This document shows, in pieces, positions 38,664-48,109 of a stretch of DNA of 55,416 nucleotides. Position 1 is the first letter of the stretch. The number at the start of each line of letters is the position of its first letter. Origin of the DNA: an uncultured virus (IMG/VR IMGVR_UViG_3300026762_000001) (taxonomy: Fuselloviridae); IMG/VR virus record IMGVR_UViG_3300026762_000001; one strand, written 5' to 3'. Position numbers and translations under genes: made by a program. The notes below the pieces were generated by a model. The model did not search any database and was not told the origin of the DNA. It saw only the letters and a program-made list of their open reading frames with translations.

Positions 38664-39038
38664 ATGAGTGAACACGCCATAAGATTCGTTTACGGTTTAA
38701 TTCCTTTGTTTTCTGCGTTAATATCGTTGATGTATCGTGTGACAATGAAACCTAATTTAGTAATTTATTTCACTTTATTTATTGCAATCATTTGGTCAGC
38801 TTACGAGATTTGCTATGCTTATTTTATAGAAAATATATATGAAGAGGCTTTAGTTTTACTGTGCGTGGTTTCGTTTGCATTTGGTGCAAACTTAGGATTC
38901 TTCCTACTTACGTGGAATTTTAATTTGGAAGATGTGCTGAATGACAAACAATTAGTAATATCTGGTATTCTGTATATAGTTTTAGGTTTATTACTAAATT
39001 TCTCAAAAACTTTTAAAGAACTAATAAAAAAGAACTGA
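38664..39038 (+). CDS. Membrane protein
   Basis: About four hydrophobic segments. Confidence 0.7.
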   Translation: MSEHAIRFVYGLIPLFSALISLMYRVTMKPNLVIYFTLFIAIIWSAYEICYAYFIENIYEEALVLLCVVSFAFGANLGFFLLTWNFNLEDVLNDKQLVISGILYIVLGLLLNFSKTFKELIKKN

Positions 39039-39074
39039 CCTCCTCCCCATCTGAAGGAGGGGGTATTGAAAAAA

Positions 39075-39431
39075 TTACATTAACTTTTCATATTCACTTA
39101 CTACTAAATATGCTAACGGTGCGTCTAATATTAGTCCTAGAACAAGACCTAAAACAGCGAGTGTATTTACGTCTGCTTGCCCTAATGTAATACCGAGTGC
39201 TTGGCTGATATTAGCCTCTTGTGCATATACAGAGTTATGGGTTGCTTGTGCTACAGTAGCTAACAATCCACCATAGGCATATCCGTTTTCAATGTCAGTA
39301 ACGGCCATATGTGACCCGATGAAATTGCCTATGAAGAATCCAGCAATAGGTAATGCCACAAGGGAGGCTGCACCGAATAGCACTAGTAGTAGCCTTATTA
39401 GCCTTCCGCCTGAACCAGGCTGTGCACTCAT
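39075..39431 (-). CDS. Two-helix hydrophobic protein, candidate virion coat protein
   Basis: N- and C-terminal hydrophobic G/A-rich helices. Confidence 0.6.
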   Translation of the reverse strand: MSAQPGSGGRLIRLLLVLFGAASLVALPIAGFFIGNFIGSHMAVTDIENGYAYGGLLATVAQATHNSVYAQEANISQALGITLGQADVNTLAVLGLVLGLILDAPLAYLVVSEYEKLM

Positions 39432-39502
39432 ATTCTATCTGTGTAAAACATTGGGGATAAAAATAAAAAACTTTTTCTGATCCCCGCCCTAACTTTCAAG
39501 TT

Positions 39503-40480
39503 TTAATAAATCCCTAATAATTTATGATAAGATTCAAATTTTGTATACTTCTCCTTCCTTAAAATCTGAGTTAATCTGCCTGGCTCTACTCTTTCTTCCA
39601 CAACTTTGAAGTCCCACCAGTCAAACAACCATTTAAGACCATCAGCAGAAAATAGTGAAATATGCCAAGGTATTTTCATATCTTCACTAATAGTAGGTGT
39701 GGAATGATAGAATAATCCTCCTTCCTTAAGCACTCTCCTAATTTCACCAATCGTAATAAACGGAGCATACATATGTTCTAACGTGTCGAATGCGAGGACT
39801 GCATCGAAATAATTATCAGGGTAGTCATTATATTCAAACATCATAAATTTTCCCGTTTTACCTAGTGCGTTTAAATGAATACATTCAACGTCATAAAGTT
39901 TACTAAATATCTCGTATTCTGTAGAAGTACAACCTAAAATAAGAACCTTAGAACCATTACTCACGTATTTTTTAACAGTTTGTACTCTGTCTTCTGGTAC
40001 TGGTGAATCGTTCTGCAATGCTTCCATCTGAATTAGTGCATATCTGAATAATTTGTTGAAAAATTTGTCTTTCATCCTACTTTCGAATAAACGTAGACTT
40101 CTCTCCATATCTGCATGAAGAAGATAATTAATCCCCATCGTTTTCTTAGCACTCTCTAAATCAAGTCCTTTTGAAATGAGATATGCTAAAGAATATGCAA
40201 CTGAACGTGAAACCCCTGCATTACAATAAACCAACACTTTCTTATTATAAACAGTTGAGACGTGGATCAGAGAGATAACTCTTAAGAAATTCCAAAAATC
40301 TATTTGGACAGCGTCTAATTGTGGTATGTAAAGTGTATTCCATGGATAATTATGTTCAATTGCGACGGAAATTATAACGTTAAAATTTCGATAATTAGAA
40401 GCCGCATATTCAAAATCGGACTGGAAAACGTTTTCATCTATTCTTCTGCTTAGCATCATGCTGATAGTATAAATGGACAT
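39503..40480 (-). CDS. Dual-specificity phosphatase fused to a class I SAM methyltransferase
   Basis: VYCNAGVSRS (CX5R); KVLILGC, FDAV...LEH, RVLKEGG. Confidence 0.8.
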   Translation of the reverse strand: MSIYTISMMLSRRIDENVFQSDFEYAASNYRNFNVIISVAIEHNYPWNTLYIPQLDAVQIDFWNFLRVISLIHVSTVYNKKVLVYCNAGVSRSVAYSLAYLISKGLDLESAKKTMGINYLLHADMERSLRLFESRMKDKFFNKLFRYALIQMEALQNDSPVPEDRVQTVKKYVSNGSKVLILGCTSTEYEIFSKLYDVECIHLNALGKTGKFMMFEYNDYPDNYFDAVLAFDTLEHMYAPFITIGEIRRVLKEGGLFYHSTPTISEDMKIPWHISLFSADGLKWLFDWWDFKVVEERVEPGRLTQILRKEKYTKFESYHKLLGIY

Positions 40481-40542
40481 ACTTAAAAATTTTCTGAACT
40501 CTTCCGTTTGTCCCTACACTTTCATTTAACTCATTTTATGAT

Positions 40543-42037
40543 AAAAAGAACAGCAAGCCTCGCCCCTTCTAGGGGCGGGGTAAAGTTTTTAAACGTAAAC
40601 GTCTCTTTTCTTTAAGATGCCTTCCTCTGGTCAACTCTTAGGGCATGAGGAGCGGGAGCCGATTTCTCCCGCAATACCAGAGGAGGGCGTCTACGAAGTT
40701 AAATATGAAAATAGGAGGACAAATGTAGTCAGACTTCTTCCAAACGGTTTTCAGGAAAGGAAGTTAAGGAAGTTGGCAGACACGTCTGCCAGGTTGTTCA
40801 ACGAAGTTAACTATGAGAGGAGGCAACAGTTCTTCCAGCAACATCAAGTGGACTTTCAAGGTACATACCAGAAGTACTACGAGAAGTATAAGGGTATACT
40901 AGGTTCTGCTAATGCACAGGAAGTAATCCACAAGAACAACGAGGCTTGGTCGTCGTTCTTCTCCCTCATCAAGCTGAAGAAAAAAGGAAAATTGCCATCT
41001 CACATGAACCACGTTTCACCACCTCGTTACTGGAAGAAGGAGAAGAAGAGGAAGTTACTCCTTGTCATCAGACAAGACAGATATGTGGTTGATGAGAAGA
41101 ACAACAAGCTCATCCTCAGGAACTTCGATCTAGAAATCGAATTCGCTGGTAGGTTGAGGTGGTACGGTAAGCAAGGTAGGTTGGAGATATACTATGATGA
41201 CACAGAGAATGCTTGGTACGCTTCAATACCAGTCGAAGTAGGTGTTGAGGAGACAAAGACTGGAAAGAAGAGTAAGTTGATCGTACGCGGTGAAAGGAAG
41301 ACAATCCAAGTTGAATCTCCAAAGGGAAACAAGGTAGCGTCCATCGACTTAGGTATAAACATCCTAGCTAGCGTTGTAGTAGACGACGGTACTTGGTTAA
41401 TCTATAAGGGCGTCAGAGCTAAGGAGGACTACTTCTATCTTCAAAAGAAGATAGCAGAGGAACAATCTTACGCAGACAATGCAAGAAATCTAGAAGAGTA
41501 TGAAGCCCAAGAAGAACATAACAGAGAGAAGAGGAGGCTGTTCGAGAAATTAACTAGGCGTCTCCTTCACCTCTACAGAACCTTGGCGTCCCATATGGTT
41601 AAAACACTTCATGATCAAGGAGTCTCCATCATCTACCTGGGCTACCCGTACAACATTGCACAGGACAAGGGAAATAAGTTCACCGTGAATTTGTGGTCTT
41701 ACCGAGAATTTATGAACGCCATCGAGTTGAAGGCACAAGAGTACGGTATGAAGGTGTATGAAGTTGTTGAATATAATACATCAAAGTATTGTGCCTACCA
41801 CAACGTCGAAGTCAGTAGGAGACCAAGAGGAGTAGTCAGTTGTCCTAAGGGACATAAGCTGCACAGCGATTTGAACGGTGCATTGAACATCCCGAAGAAA
41901 GCTGTTGGTATTGTAGTTTCAACAATGAAGAAACCATTATCTTTCCTAGTGCTTCATAACGGAGTAGCACCCACAAAAGGGGTGTAACGTCTGAGACCTC
42001 GGTAAACCCCCGTTCTAAAGGACGGGGAGGGGGTCAG
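40543..42037 (+). mobile_element. IS200/IS605-family tnpB-only element
   Basis: TGAT|left end with hairpin CCCCTTCTAGGGG; right end GGGGAGGGGGTCAG; no tnpA. Confidence 0.85.
40617..41987 (+). CDS. tnpB: TnpB RNA-guided endonuclease
   Basis: SIDLGIN (RuvC-I), EYNTSKYC Zn finger, HSDLNGALNI (RuvC-III). Confidence 0.92.
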   Translation: MPSSGQLLGHEEREPISPAIPEEGVYEVKYENRRTNVVRLLPNGFQERKLRKLADTSARLFNEVNYERRQQFFQQHQVDFQGTYQKYYEKYKGILGSANAQEVIHKNNEAWSSFFSLIKLKKKGKLPSHMNHVSPPRYWKKEKKRKLLLVIRQDRYVVDEKNNKLILRNFDLEIEFAGRLRWYGKQGRLEIYYDDTENAWYASIPVEVGVEETKTGKKSKLIVRGERKTIQVESPKGNKVASIDLGINILASVVVDDGTWLIYKGVRAKEDYFYLQKKIAEEQSYADNARNLEEYEAQEEHNREKRRLFEKLTRRLLHLYRTLASHMVKTLHDQGVSIIYLGYPYNIAQDKGNKFTVNLWSYREFMNAIELKAQEYGMKVYEVVEYNTSKYCAYHNVEVSRRPRGVVSCPKGHKLHSDLNGALNIPKKAVGIVVSTMKKPLSFLVLHNGVAPTKGV

Positions 42038-42095
42038 TATAAGCAAACAAATCTAAAAAATTTTCTGACTTCCTCCCCGCACTGGAAGGGCGAGG

Positions 42096-42524
42096 TCAGG
42101 TCCCCTTACCCCCAAACTTCAATAATTTAATTATTGAGTCGAGAACTGGAGATTTAGCTCTAGCCTCTTCTAATGCTTCTGGTAATTTCGTCTTAACTTG
42201 CTCCGCTATAGAATCAGCAAAATGCGAAGCTAAATCGTTCATGATAGCTTGAAATTCGGGATCTTCCCTAAACGCTTTTAAGATGGATTTTGTCATTTCG
42301 GTTACTATTTTAGGATCAGCTAACTCTGGATCGTTCTTAAAAGAATTTAGGAAGTTTTTTATTAGTAAAATGATGGGTTGGGGATTTGTAGAAAGTTTTT
42401 GTAGATATTTATTTGCACGTTTTTCGGCACTTCTCCAACCAAGTCTGAACATAATGTATGAGTCAATTGTTATAATGACTGCAAGTATAACATCGTTTAC
42501 AATCGGATTTGATAGAGATATCAT
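42096..42524 (-). CDS. Membrane-anchored hypothetical protein
   Basis: N-terminal transmembrane segment. Confidence 0.65.
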   Translation of the reverse strand: MISLSNPIVNDVILAVIITIDSYIMFRLGWRSAEKRANKYLQKLSTNPQPIILLIKNFLNSFKNDPELADPKIVTEMTKSILKAFREDPEFQAIMNDLASHFADSIAEQVKTKLPEALEEARAKSPVLDSIIKLLKFGGKGT

Positions 42525-43441
42525 TAGACATTCTCTCCAACAAGAAAGTATTTATAAAGGAAAATAACTGTCCTCTTTATCCCTTCATTAAATGGTGTCT
42601 TTTGTTTCCATCCCAACGACTTCAACTTGTCACAAACAAGCGATTGGTTAATTATTTCTGGATACGGAGATTTCACTTTAACTATTTTAAACTGTGACAT
42701 ATAAAGACTTTCGGAAATTACTTTCATCGCTTCTACTATCTTGTTCACTACTTCCTCTGATGTTAGAACATCTGAACTGCAAACATTAATCGTATCAATC
42801 TCTCCATGAGGGGCAATAGTAAGTAATGCGTCAATTAGGTCATCTATGTATATATATCCTCTTTTGCCGCTAGGGACATACAGGGTAAATGGGATACCTC
42901 TCACAAAGCTATAAACGGCTTTAGGTATTATCCTTGTTAGGTTATGATCTTGGGGGCCATATATATTAACAGATCTAACTACTGTCACTTCCATACCGAA
43001 TTCTTGTCTGTAGGCAAGAGCAATAAGTGAGGATGCCAGCTTAGAGGTACCGTAAATGCCGCTATTTTTAGCTAATGGTGCATTCTCGTCCGCGTTCTCT
43101 ACTTCTCCGTATTCCTTATCAGTCCCCATTACTATAATTCTCTTAACTGACGAACTTCTCCTAGCTGCTTCCAACACACCAGCGGTTCCCATAACATTGT
43201 TTTCTATGGTCTCATAAGGAGCTTGATGTCCCTCGGCTACGATAGAAGTAGCAGCAACATGGAAAATTGTGTCTATATTATTCTCATTGAGAATGTTAAG
43301 AAGTTTCCACCAGTCTTTAACATCTACGTCTTTTCTTGAAACGCCCACTACATAATATCCTTCACTTTTAAGCTTCTTTAAAAAAGAACTACCTATAAAA
43401 CCAGTGGAACCAGTAACTAAAACATTCTTCATTATTCTCAC
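42524..43441 (-). CDS. NAD-dependent nucleotide-sugar epimerase/dehydratase
   Basis: VLVTGSTGFIG, YGTSK and NIYGP motifs. Confidence 0.92.
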   Translation of the reverse strand: MRIMKNVLVTGSTGFIGSSFLKKLKSEGYYVVGVSRKDVDVKDWWKLLNILNENNIDTIFHVAATSIVAEGHQAPYETIENNVMGTAGVLEAARRSSSVKRIIVMGTDKEYGEVENADENAPLAKNSGIYGTSKLASSLIALAYRQEFGMEVTVVRSVNIYGPQDHNLTRIIPKAVYSFVRGIPFTLYVPSGKRGYIYIDDLIDALLTIAPHGEIDTINVCSSDVLTSEEVVNKIVEAMKVISESLYMSQFKIVKVKSPYPEIINQSLVCDKLKSLGWKQKTPFNEGIKRTVIFLYKYFLVGENV

Positions 43442-44091
43442 TCTTTTTCATTAACCCATGATAAAGTGCTGCAACATTTACTTGTAGAATTATATACAAG
43501 TTTGAATAAGTTGTTTAATGTTTCTTTTATCGAATCTATATTTCCATCAATAATGGTGAACCTATCGAATGAATCGTCCTTATAAAATATTTGAATGATA
43601 TTGTTTGTCAAAGTAACGGATTTTATCACATCTCTAGATGTAACTAAACGTTGTTTCAGCTGGTTAGAGCTAATCTCCTTATTTTTTCTAACTAATTGAT
43701 AGACCTCAAGGTCAAACGTCGAATAGGGAATATAGAAGTTAACTGATGATAAAAAATATGTAAACAATGTACTTAATATGGGTTGTGTAACAAAAGCACT
43801 ACCAATACCTACTGGCAAAAAATCAACAAACTCCTCTGGATGAACGTAATCAGTGATACGGTATGCTTTCCTAAGTGTTCTATAAGATTGCAGAACCAAG
43901 ATTATACTATATCCGAGTCTCTTACTTGTAATTAATAAAAAACTTTCAACGTATGGAAGAATCTCCTTTCCTGCTTTATCTTTCTCTATTGTATTTTCTA
44001 GTAAATCTGTAACTAATGCCGCGAGTGAATCTAAAAAACCTATTACTTGTGTAATACGATAAAGTTTATTTGTGATAATTTCTTCGGTCAT
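43438..44091 (-). CDS. Hypothetical protein
   Basis: ORF in operon. Confidence 0.7.
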   Translation of the reverse strand: MTEEIITNKLYRITQVIGFLDSLAALVTDLLENTIEKDKAGKEILPYVESFLLITSKRLGYSIILVLQSYRTLRKAYRITDYVHPEEFVDFLPVGIGSAFVTQPILSTLFTYFLSSVNFYIPYSTFDLEVYQLVRKNKEISSNQLKQRLVTSRDVIKSVTLTNNIIQIFYKDDSFDRFTIIDGNIDSIKETLNNLFKLVYNSTSKCCSTLSWVNEKE

Positions 44092-44138
44092 CTTTCAACA
44101 CCAGTTTATTACTAAAAATTTTCACTTAAAAATTTTTG

Positions 44139-44345
44139 TTAAGATGTAGACATCGAAACTATTAGCACTGGATTTAATACTGGCGATGGTGTTGGAGTTG
44201 GTGATGGAGTAGGTGTTGGAGTAGGTACTGGTGGTGTTACTGCTAATACTCTTTTTACGAATATTAAATAAATTAGAATTGCTATAATTATAAGTGCTGC
44301 AATTATAGCAAGCAAAATTTTCTGTCTTCTGGTCAAAACAACCAC
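44139..44345 (-). CDS. Small membrane protein with a PT-repeat tail
   Basis: Transmembrane segment followed by PTPTPTPSPTPTPSP. Confidence 0.7.
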   Translation of the reverse strand: MVVLTRRQKILLAIIAALIIIAILIYLIFVKRVLAVTPPVPTPTPTPSPTPTPSPVLNPVLIVSMSTS

Positions 44346-44552
44346 ACAATAAATAGAGGAGAAGAAAAAATAAAAATTACTTTGTTGGGTTTTACATCTT
44401 AAACGTACTTTGGAGAGCTTGTTGATTTATCGAATTTATATATAATGTCACAACAAAGTAAGTCACAATAATGATAGCAACAAGAACAATAAGAGCAATA
44501 AGAAAAGAAGTTCTTAAACTCAAAAAAATCACTTATCGCTTTATTTTATGTG

Positions 44553-44596
44553 CTGATCTCCTCCCCGCTTTAAAGACGAGGCTTGTCGTTTGCTTT
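44553..44596 (-). mobile_element. 44-bp IS605 mini-element
   Basis: Same family; target TGAT. Confidence 0.65.
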
Positions 44597-44597
44597 A

Positions 44598-45047
44598 TCA
44601 TAATCTTACTTCTGATACAACCTTCTTAGGAGTTTCTTTGGAAGCAGCACCGCCATAACGGCCATAACGGGCTGCATAACCACCATAGCCTCCACTCTTC
44701 GGCAGTTGACCAGTCTTCGCTGCTATAATCATTTTAGCTCTCTCTTTCTTCCACTCATTAGCAAGGCGATGAGTGATCTCCATTATTTTTGTTGCCATCT
44801 GTTCTCTCAGTGTTCTGTTAGTATCAGCGAAATAATCTGGGGTCGAATCTAATATGTTTTGATATTCGCCTTCAACTCTTGGTATATACCATGCTACGTA
44901 TTCTCCTAAACCTGCCTCATAATTTGCTTTTGCATTACTTACACCAGTAATCCAATCCTCAGCAGCTTTTTGTAATGCTACATCTAATGACCCACCGTGT
45001 GCTAGTATTCTACCTATGGTACCTCTATAACCTCTTTTTCTAGCCAT
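44598..45047 (-). CDS. Helical protein with basic termini, candidate nucleocapsid/DNA-binding virion protein
   Basis: MARKRGYR N-terminus and GYGG/RYG-rich tail. Confidence 0.55.
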   Translation of the reverse strand: MARKRGYRGTIGRILAHGGSLDVALQKAAEDWITGVSNAKANYEAGLGEYVAWYIPRVEGEYQNILDSTPDYFADTNRTLREQMATKIMEITHRLANEWKKERAKMIIAAKTGQLPKSGGYGGYAARYGRYGGAASKETPKKVVSEVRL

Positions 45048-45096
45048 ATTGCATCAATGAAAAAAGGGTGGTGAAAAAATAAAAGCTTTTCCATGC

Positions 45097-45570
45097 TCAA
45101 TGATACTGAGAAGCTCTACTGAGTTTTCTCGCCCATTTATATAGTGCTTCTAAAATTGGGGCAATTGAACTAAATGCGTTGTCATGAGTTACATACCCAA
45201 CTACCATATCCTCATAAATTACTGGAGAACCACTATCGCCATTTGAAATTGCTCTAGGAGTAAATTTATATCTGTAATATTTGCCGAATGGTAAAGCTTC
45301 AACTATCTTAACTGCGATGTCCCTATTGTCTGTCCTTATGATCACGGTATCACCTACATCAAGATTGACAACGCCTATGTTAGTTGGTTTCTTATATTCG
45401 CAAAAACCTATGAAATAATCATAAGCGGTTGATAATTCGACCTTGACAACCTTTATTCCTCCTTCCAAATATAAAGGCTCTCCTCTGAAGAAATGCCCTA
45501 CTGTAGCTACAAAACCTCCTCCAGTAGTTAAAGTCAAAGTAGCGTGACTATTTCCGCTATATATCTTCAA
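45097..45570 (-). CDS. Trypsin-like serine protease
   Basis: TVGHF, D and GDSGSP catalytic motifs. Confidence 0.75.
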   Translation of the reverse strand: MKIYSGNSHATLTLTTGGGFVATVGHFFRGEPLYLEGGIKVVKVELSTAYDYFIGFCEYKKPTNIGVVNLDVGDTVIIRTDNRDIAVKIVEALPFGKYYRYKFTPRAISNGDSGSPVIYEDMVVGYVTHDNAFSSIAPILEALYKWARKLSRASQYH

Positions 45571-45884
45571 GTTTGTCGCCCCCTTGAGGGTTTATAGAAC
45601 ATTGAATTGATATATGATAAAGTGAGAGATGCTCTGTACCCCTTTTCCCCAATCTCTTTAACTAAAGTTATCACGCCGTATCTTTGAAAGTGTCTAGCGA
45701 CGTATGAAACATATGCATTTACTGAAAGTCTGTTTTTAAATAGCCTTTCTCCGTATTTATTCCATATATGTTCCTCTATTTCTGCAAGCCTGACAGATAT
45801 TTGACCTTCTTTATACTTACTTAATAGGTAATTGAAGAATTCATCGGCAACTAGTTTGATTCTGCTGAGCCTTTCTTCTTCCAC
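45567..45884 (-). CDS. Hypothetical protein, possibly winged helix
   Basis: 105-aa ORF. Confidence 0.55.
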   Translation of the reverse strand: MEEERLSRIKLVADEFFNYLLSKYKEGQISVRLAEIEEHIWNKYGERLFKNRLSVNAYVSYVARHFQRYGVITLVKEIGEKGYRASLTLSYINSMFYKPSRGRQT

Positions 45885-45916
45885 AAAAAAAATAGATATT
45901 TTGGTCGCTTAAAAAC

Positions 45917-46810
45917 TCAACTGAAAACAAACGAAAGAGCAGTAAGAAGAGTACCCGTAATTATCGGAGGAATCGCAGCTAGATATAAAACTGCCTTGTT
46001 GTTAGAAATATATAACCTTAGTCCTAAACTTCTCAAAGTGCTGATAACATTTAATATATCGTTTCCTAAGGCAAATTGTCCATTTCCAGCAACAATCGTT
46101 GAGACAATGGAATTCCCTACAAATACGGGGCCGCCGCTGTCTCCTTCTTCGCTAGGTAGCTGAAACAAAGAACCAGTGAAGTAAATTAGGTTGCCATAAA
46201 CGTTTAGAATCTTAAATGTGGCCGATTGATCAATGACAATACCAGAAGTAAGAGAAGTTCTAGCTCCTACTTTGACTACTGGTTCCAATTCATTAGGAAC
46301 GTCAAAAAATAGCGGGAGCATTTTACCGTAAGTGATGGTATAGGGGACGATGTCACTGTAAAGTTTGATCACTGCCATATCTAAGTTCACATCTGTCGTG
46401 TTAATGTTTGACCTATATATTACTGTCCCTATTGGTACTGGATTAATTATAGGAATATTCTCAGTAGTATATGAAGGGTTTATTTTTAATAAAGGAGAAG
46501 GAAAATACACAGTATCGTAACAAGGAACAACGTGAGAATCTGTTATGGCATAATAATTGCCGCTGTTATCGACAGCGAAAAAACTTAGAGTACCTAAATA
46601 ATACGTATTTCCGCATATACCACCTATAGGGACGCCTGCAAAGATACCTTGTGAAAAAGTCTTAAATTTACCAGAGATTACGAAAGTTTCCACTCCAGGA
46701 ACGTAAACTGGACTATTTACATAGATACGTTTCTTTGTATTAGACCAACCAATACATTGGGGAATTTGCATACATATACGTCTATTTTCCTCAATGAGTT
46801 TTTCGTTCAT
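45917..46810 (-). CDS. Membrane-anchored trypsin-like serine protease
   Basis: TDSHVV, DMAVI, KVGART and GDSGGP motifs; C-terminal transmembrane segment. Confidence 0.8.
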   Translation of the reverse strand: MNEKLIEENRRICMQIPQCIGWSNTKKRIYVNSPVYVPGVETFVISGKFKTFSQGIFAGVPIGGICGNTYYLGTLSFFAVDNSGNYYAITDSHVVPCYDTVYFPSPLLKINPSYTTENIPIINPVPIGTVIYRSNINTTDVNLDMAVIKLYSDIVPYTITYGKMLPLFFDVPNELEPVVKVGARTSLTSGIVIDQSATFKILNVYGNLIYFTGSLFQLPSEEGDSGGPVFVGNSIVSTIVAGNGQFALGNDILNVISTLRSLGLRLYISNNKAVLYLAAIPPIITGTLLTALSFVFS

Positions 46811-46823
46811 CCTAATCCCATAA

Positions 46824-47474
46824 TTATTGGGGTTTGACCCTAAATATATGAAAGTATCCTGTACCAGAAATGTTCGTTATTATGATATAGCCAGTTCTAC
46901 TGGATAATATCTGGCTTCCAGTAGGATATTCGGATTCCGAAGTTCCAGATGGTAAATTAACTGCGACTGGTTGACCGACTGGTAATCCAGTTATCGGATC
47001 ATAATCTTGCACACTAAATGAAACGCCAGATCCTACAAACGTAATAGGTTCGAATCCGACATGGATAACATTTACTGGACCCACAGGCTGACCGTCAATC
47101 GTAACAGATGTTATTGAGTTATTTGAAACGCTAACCAAAATACTCGAAAACGAAGGGACTTCGGCTTTTATTTGGCCTGGTGTTACTAAAATACCTTGAA
47201 CTTGTTCGTCTATTTTAACTGCAAGTGCCCCTGAAACGATAATCTTACTAACATTGGATAATACTAAAGAAACTTTACCGATAACTGGTATAGTAACTGT
47301 ATTAGATGAAGTAGCGAAGGATGATAAAGACTGAGGTACAGATATGGCGAAAGTTATGGTTAATGAACCGTTGCCAGATGCGTCTATGGAAATCAGCTGT
47401 GACGGACTAACAGTTATAGTTTGTGAAGTACCAGGTGAAACTTGCACATTGATCTCTCGTCTAAAGTGAACCAT
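46824..47474 (-). CDS. Beta-rich putative structural protein
   Basis: S/V/I/T/G-rich composition. Confidence 0.6.
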   Translation of the reverse strand: MVHFRREINVQVSPGTSQTITVSPSQLISIDASGNGSLTITFAISVPQSLSSFATSSNTVTIPVIGKVSLVLSNVSKIIVSGALAVKIDEQVQGILVTPGQIKAEVPSFSSILVSVSNNSITSVTIDGQPVGPVNVIHVGFEPITFVGSGVSFSVQDYDPITGLPVGQPVAVNLPSGTSESEYPTGSQILSSRTGYIIITNISGTGYFHIFRVKPQ

Positions 47475-47516
47475 AAATCCTCATAAAAATACTTAAACAT
47501 TAAAAATTTAAATTTA

Positions 47517-47540
47517 TCCGCACTTCCATAGAGTTTCAAC
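47517..47540 (+). repeat. Degenerate solitary copy of the 33.7-kb repeat
   Basis: TCCGCACTTCCATAGAGTTTCAAC. Confidence 0.5.
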
Positions 47541-47565
47541 AGATAGTTTTCGCGTTAAGAAGTCC

Positions 47566-48027
47566 TTAACCCCCAAATTTTTGCAATTTTAATATTCTTA
47601 CAATTATTAATAAAGCAAGTGCAATGATTGCGGCAATTAATACATATATTAGATAACTCGGTACACTCGGTATAGGAGTTGGAGATTGTACTTGCGGTGG
47701 GCATGTTATTATTTCAAATGACCCACCACTATAGTTAAAACCCCATGAAACTTGCACTTGAACGAGGTCATTAATCTGCACTGGCACAGTTGCTTGACCA
47801 CCAGTTCCAGGTATTGTAGACAAGATATTCCCATTTACAATTATTTGAAAGCTACTTGGCGGATTTCCGCTTAATATCTTAGCTGTTACAGTATATGCAC
47901 CTGGTATTTGAGCTGTGAATTGCTGAAGAAACAGATTTCCAGAAAGAAATTGGGAACCTATAGAATTCACACATATATAACAGTTATTTACGTTATCGCA
48001 CTGTCCTTGAACACAGGTACATGACAT
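47566..48027 (-). CDS. Cys-rich membrane-anchored protein, paralog of 52277-52750
   Basis: Shared SIGxQFL and SGNPPSSF; PTP linker and C-terminal transmembrane segment. Confidence 0.75.
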   Translation of the reverse strand: MSCTCVQGQCDNVNNCYICVNSIGSQFLSGNLFLQQFTAQIPGAYTVTAKILSGNPPSSFQIIVNGNILSTIPGTGGQATVPVQINDLVQVQVSWGFNYSGGSFEIITCPPQVQSPTPIPSVPSYLIYVLIAAIIALALLIIVRILKLQKFGG

Positions 48028-48063
48028 ATGATGAAAATGGAATAAAAATTTAAAAATTTTTAC

Positions 48064-48109
48064 AAAACGAACGACAAGCCTCGTCCTTCCAGGGCGGGGA
48101 GGGGGTCAG
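48064..48109 (+). mobile_element. 46-bp IS605 mini-element
   Basis: TTAC|AAAACGAACGACAAGCCTCG...GGGGGTCAG. Confidence 0.8.
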
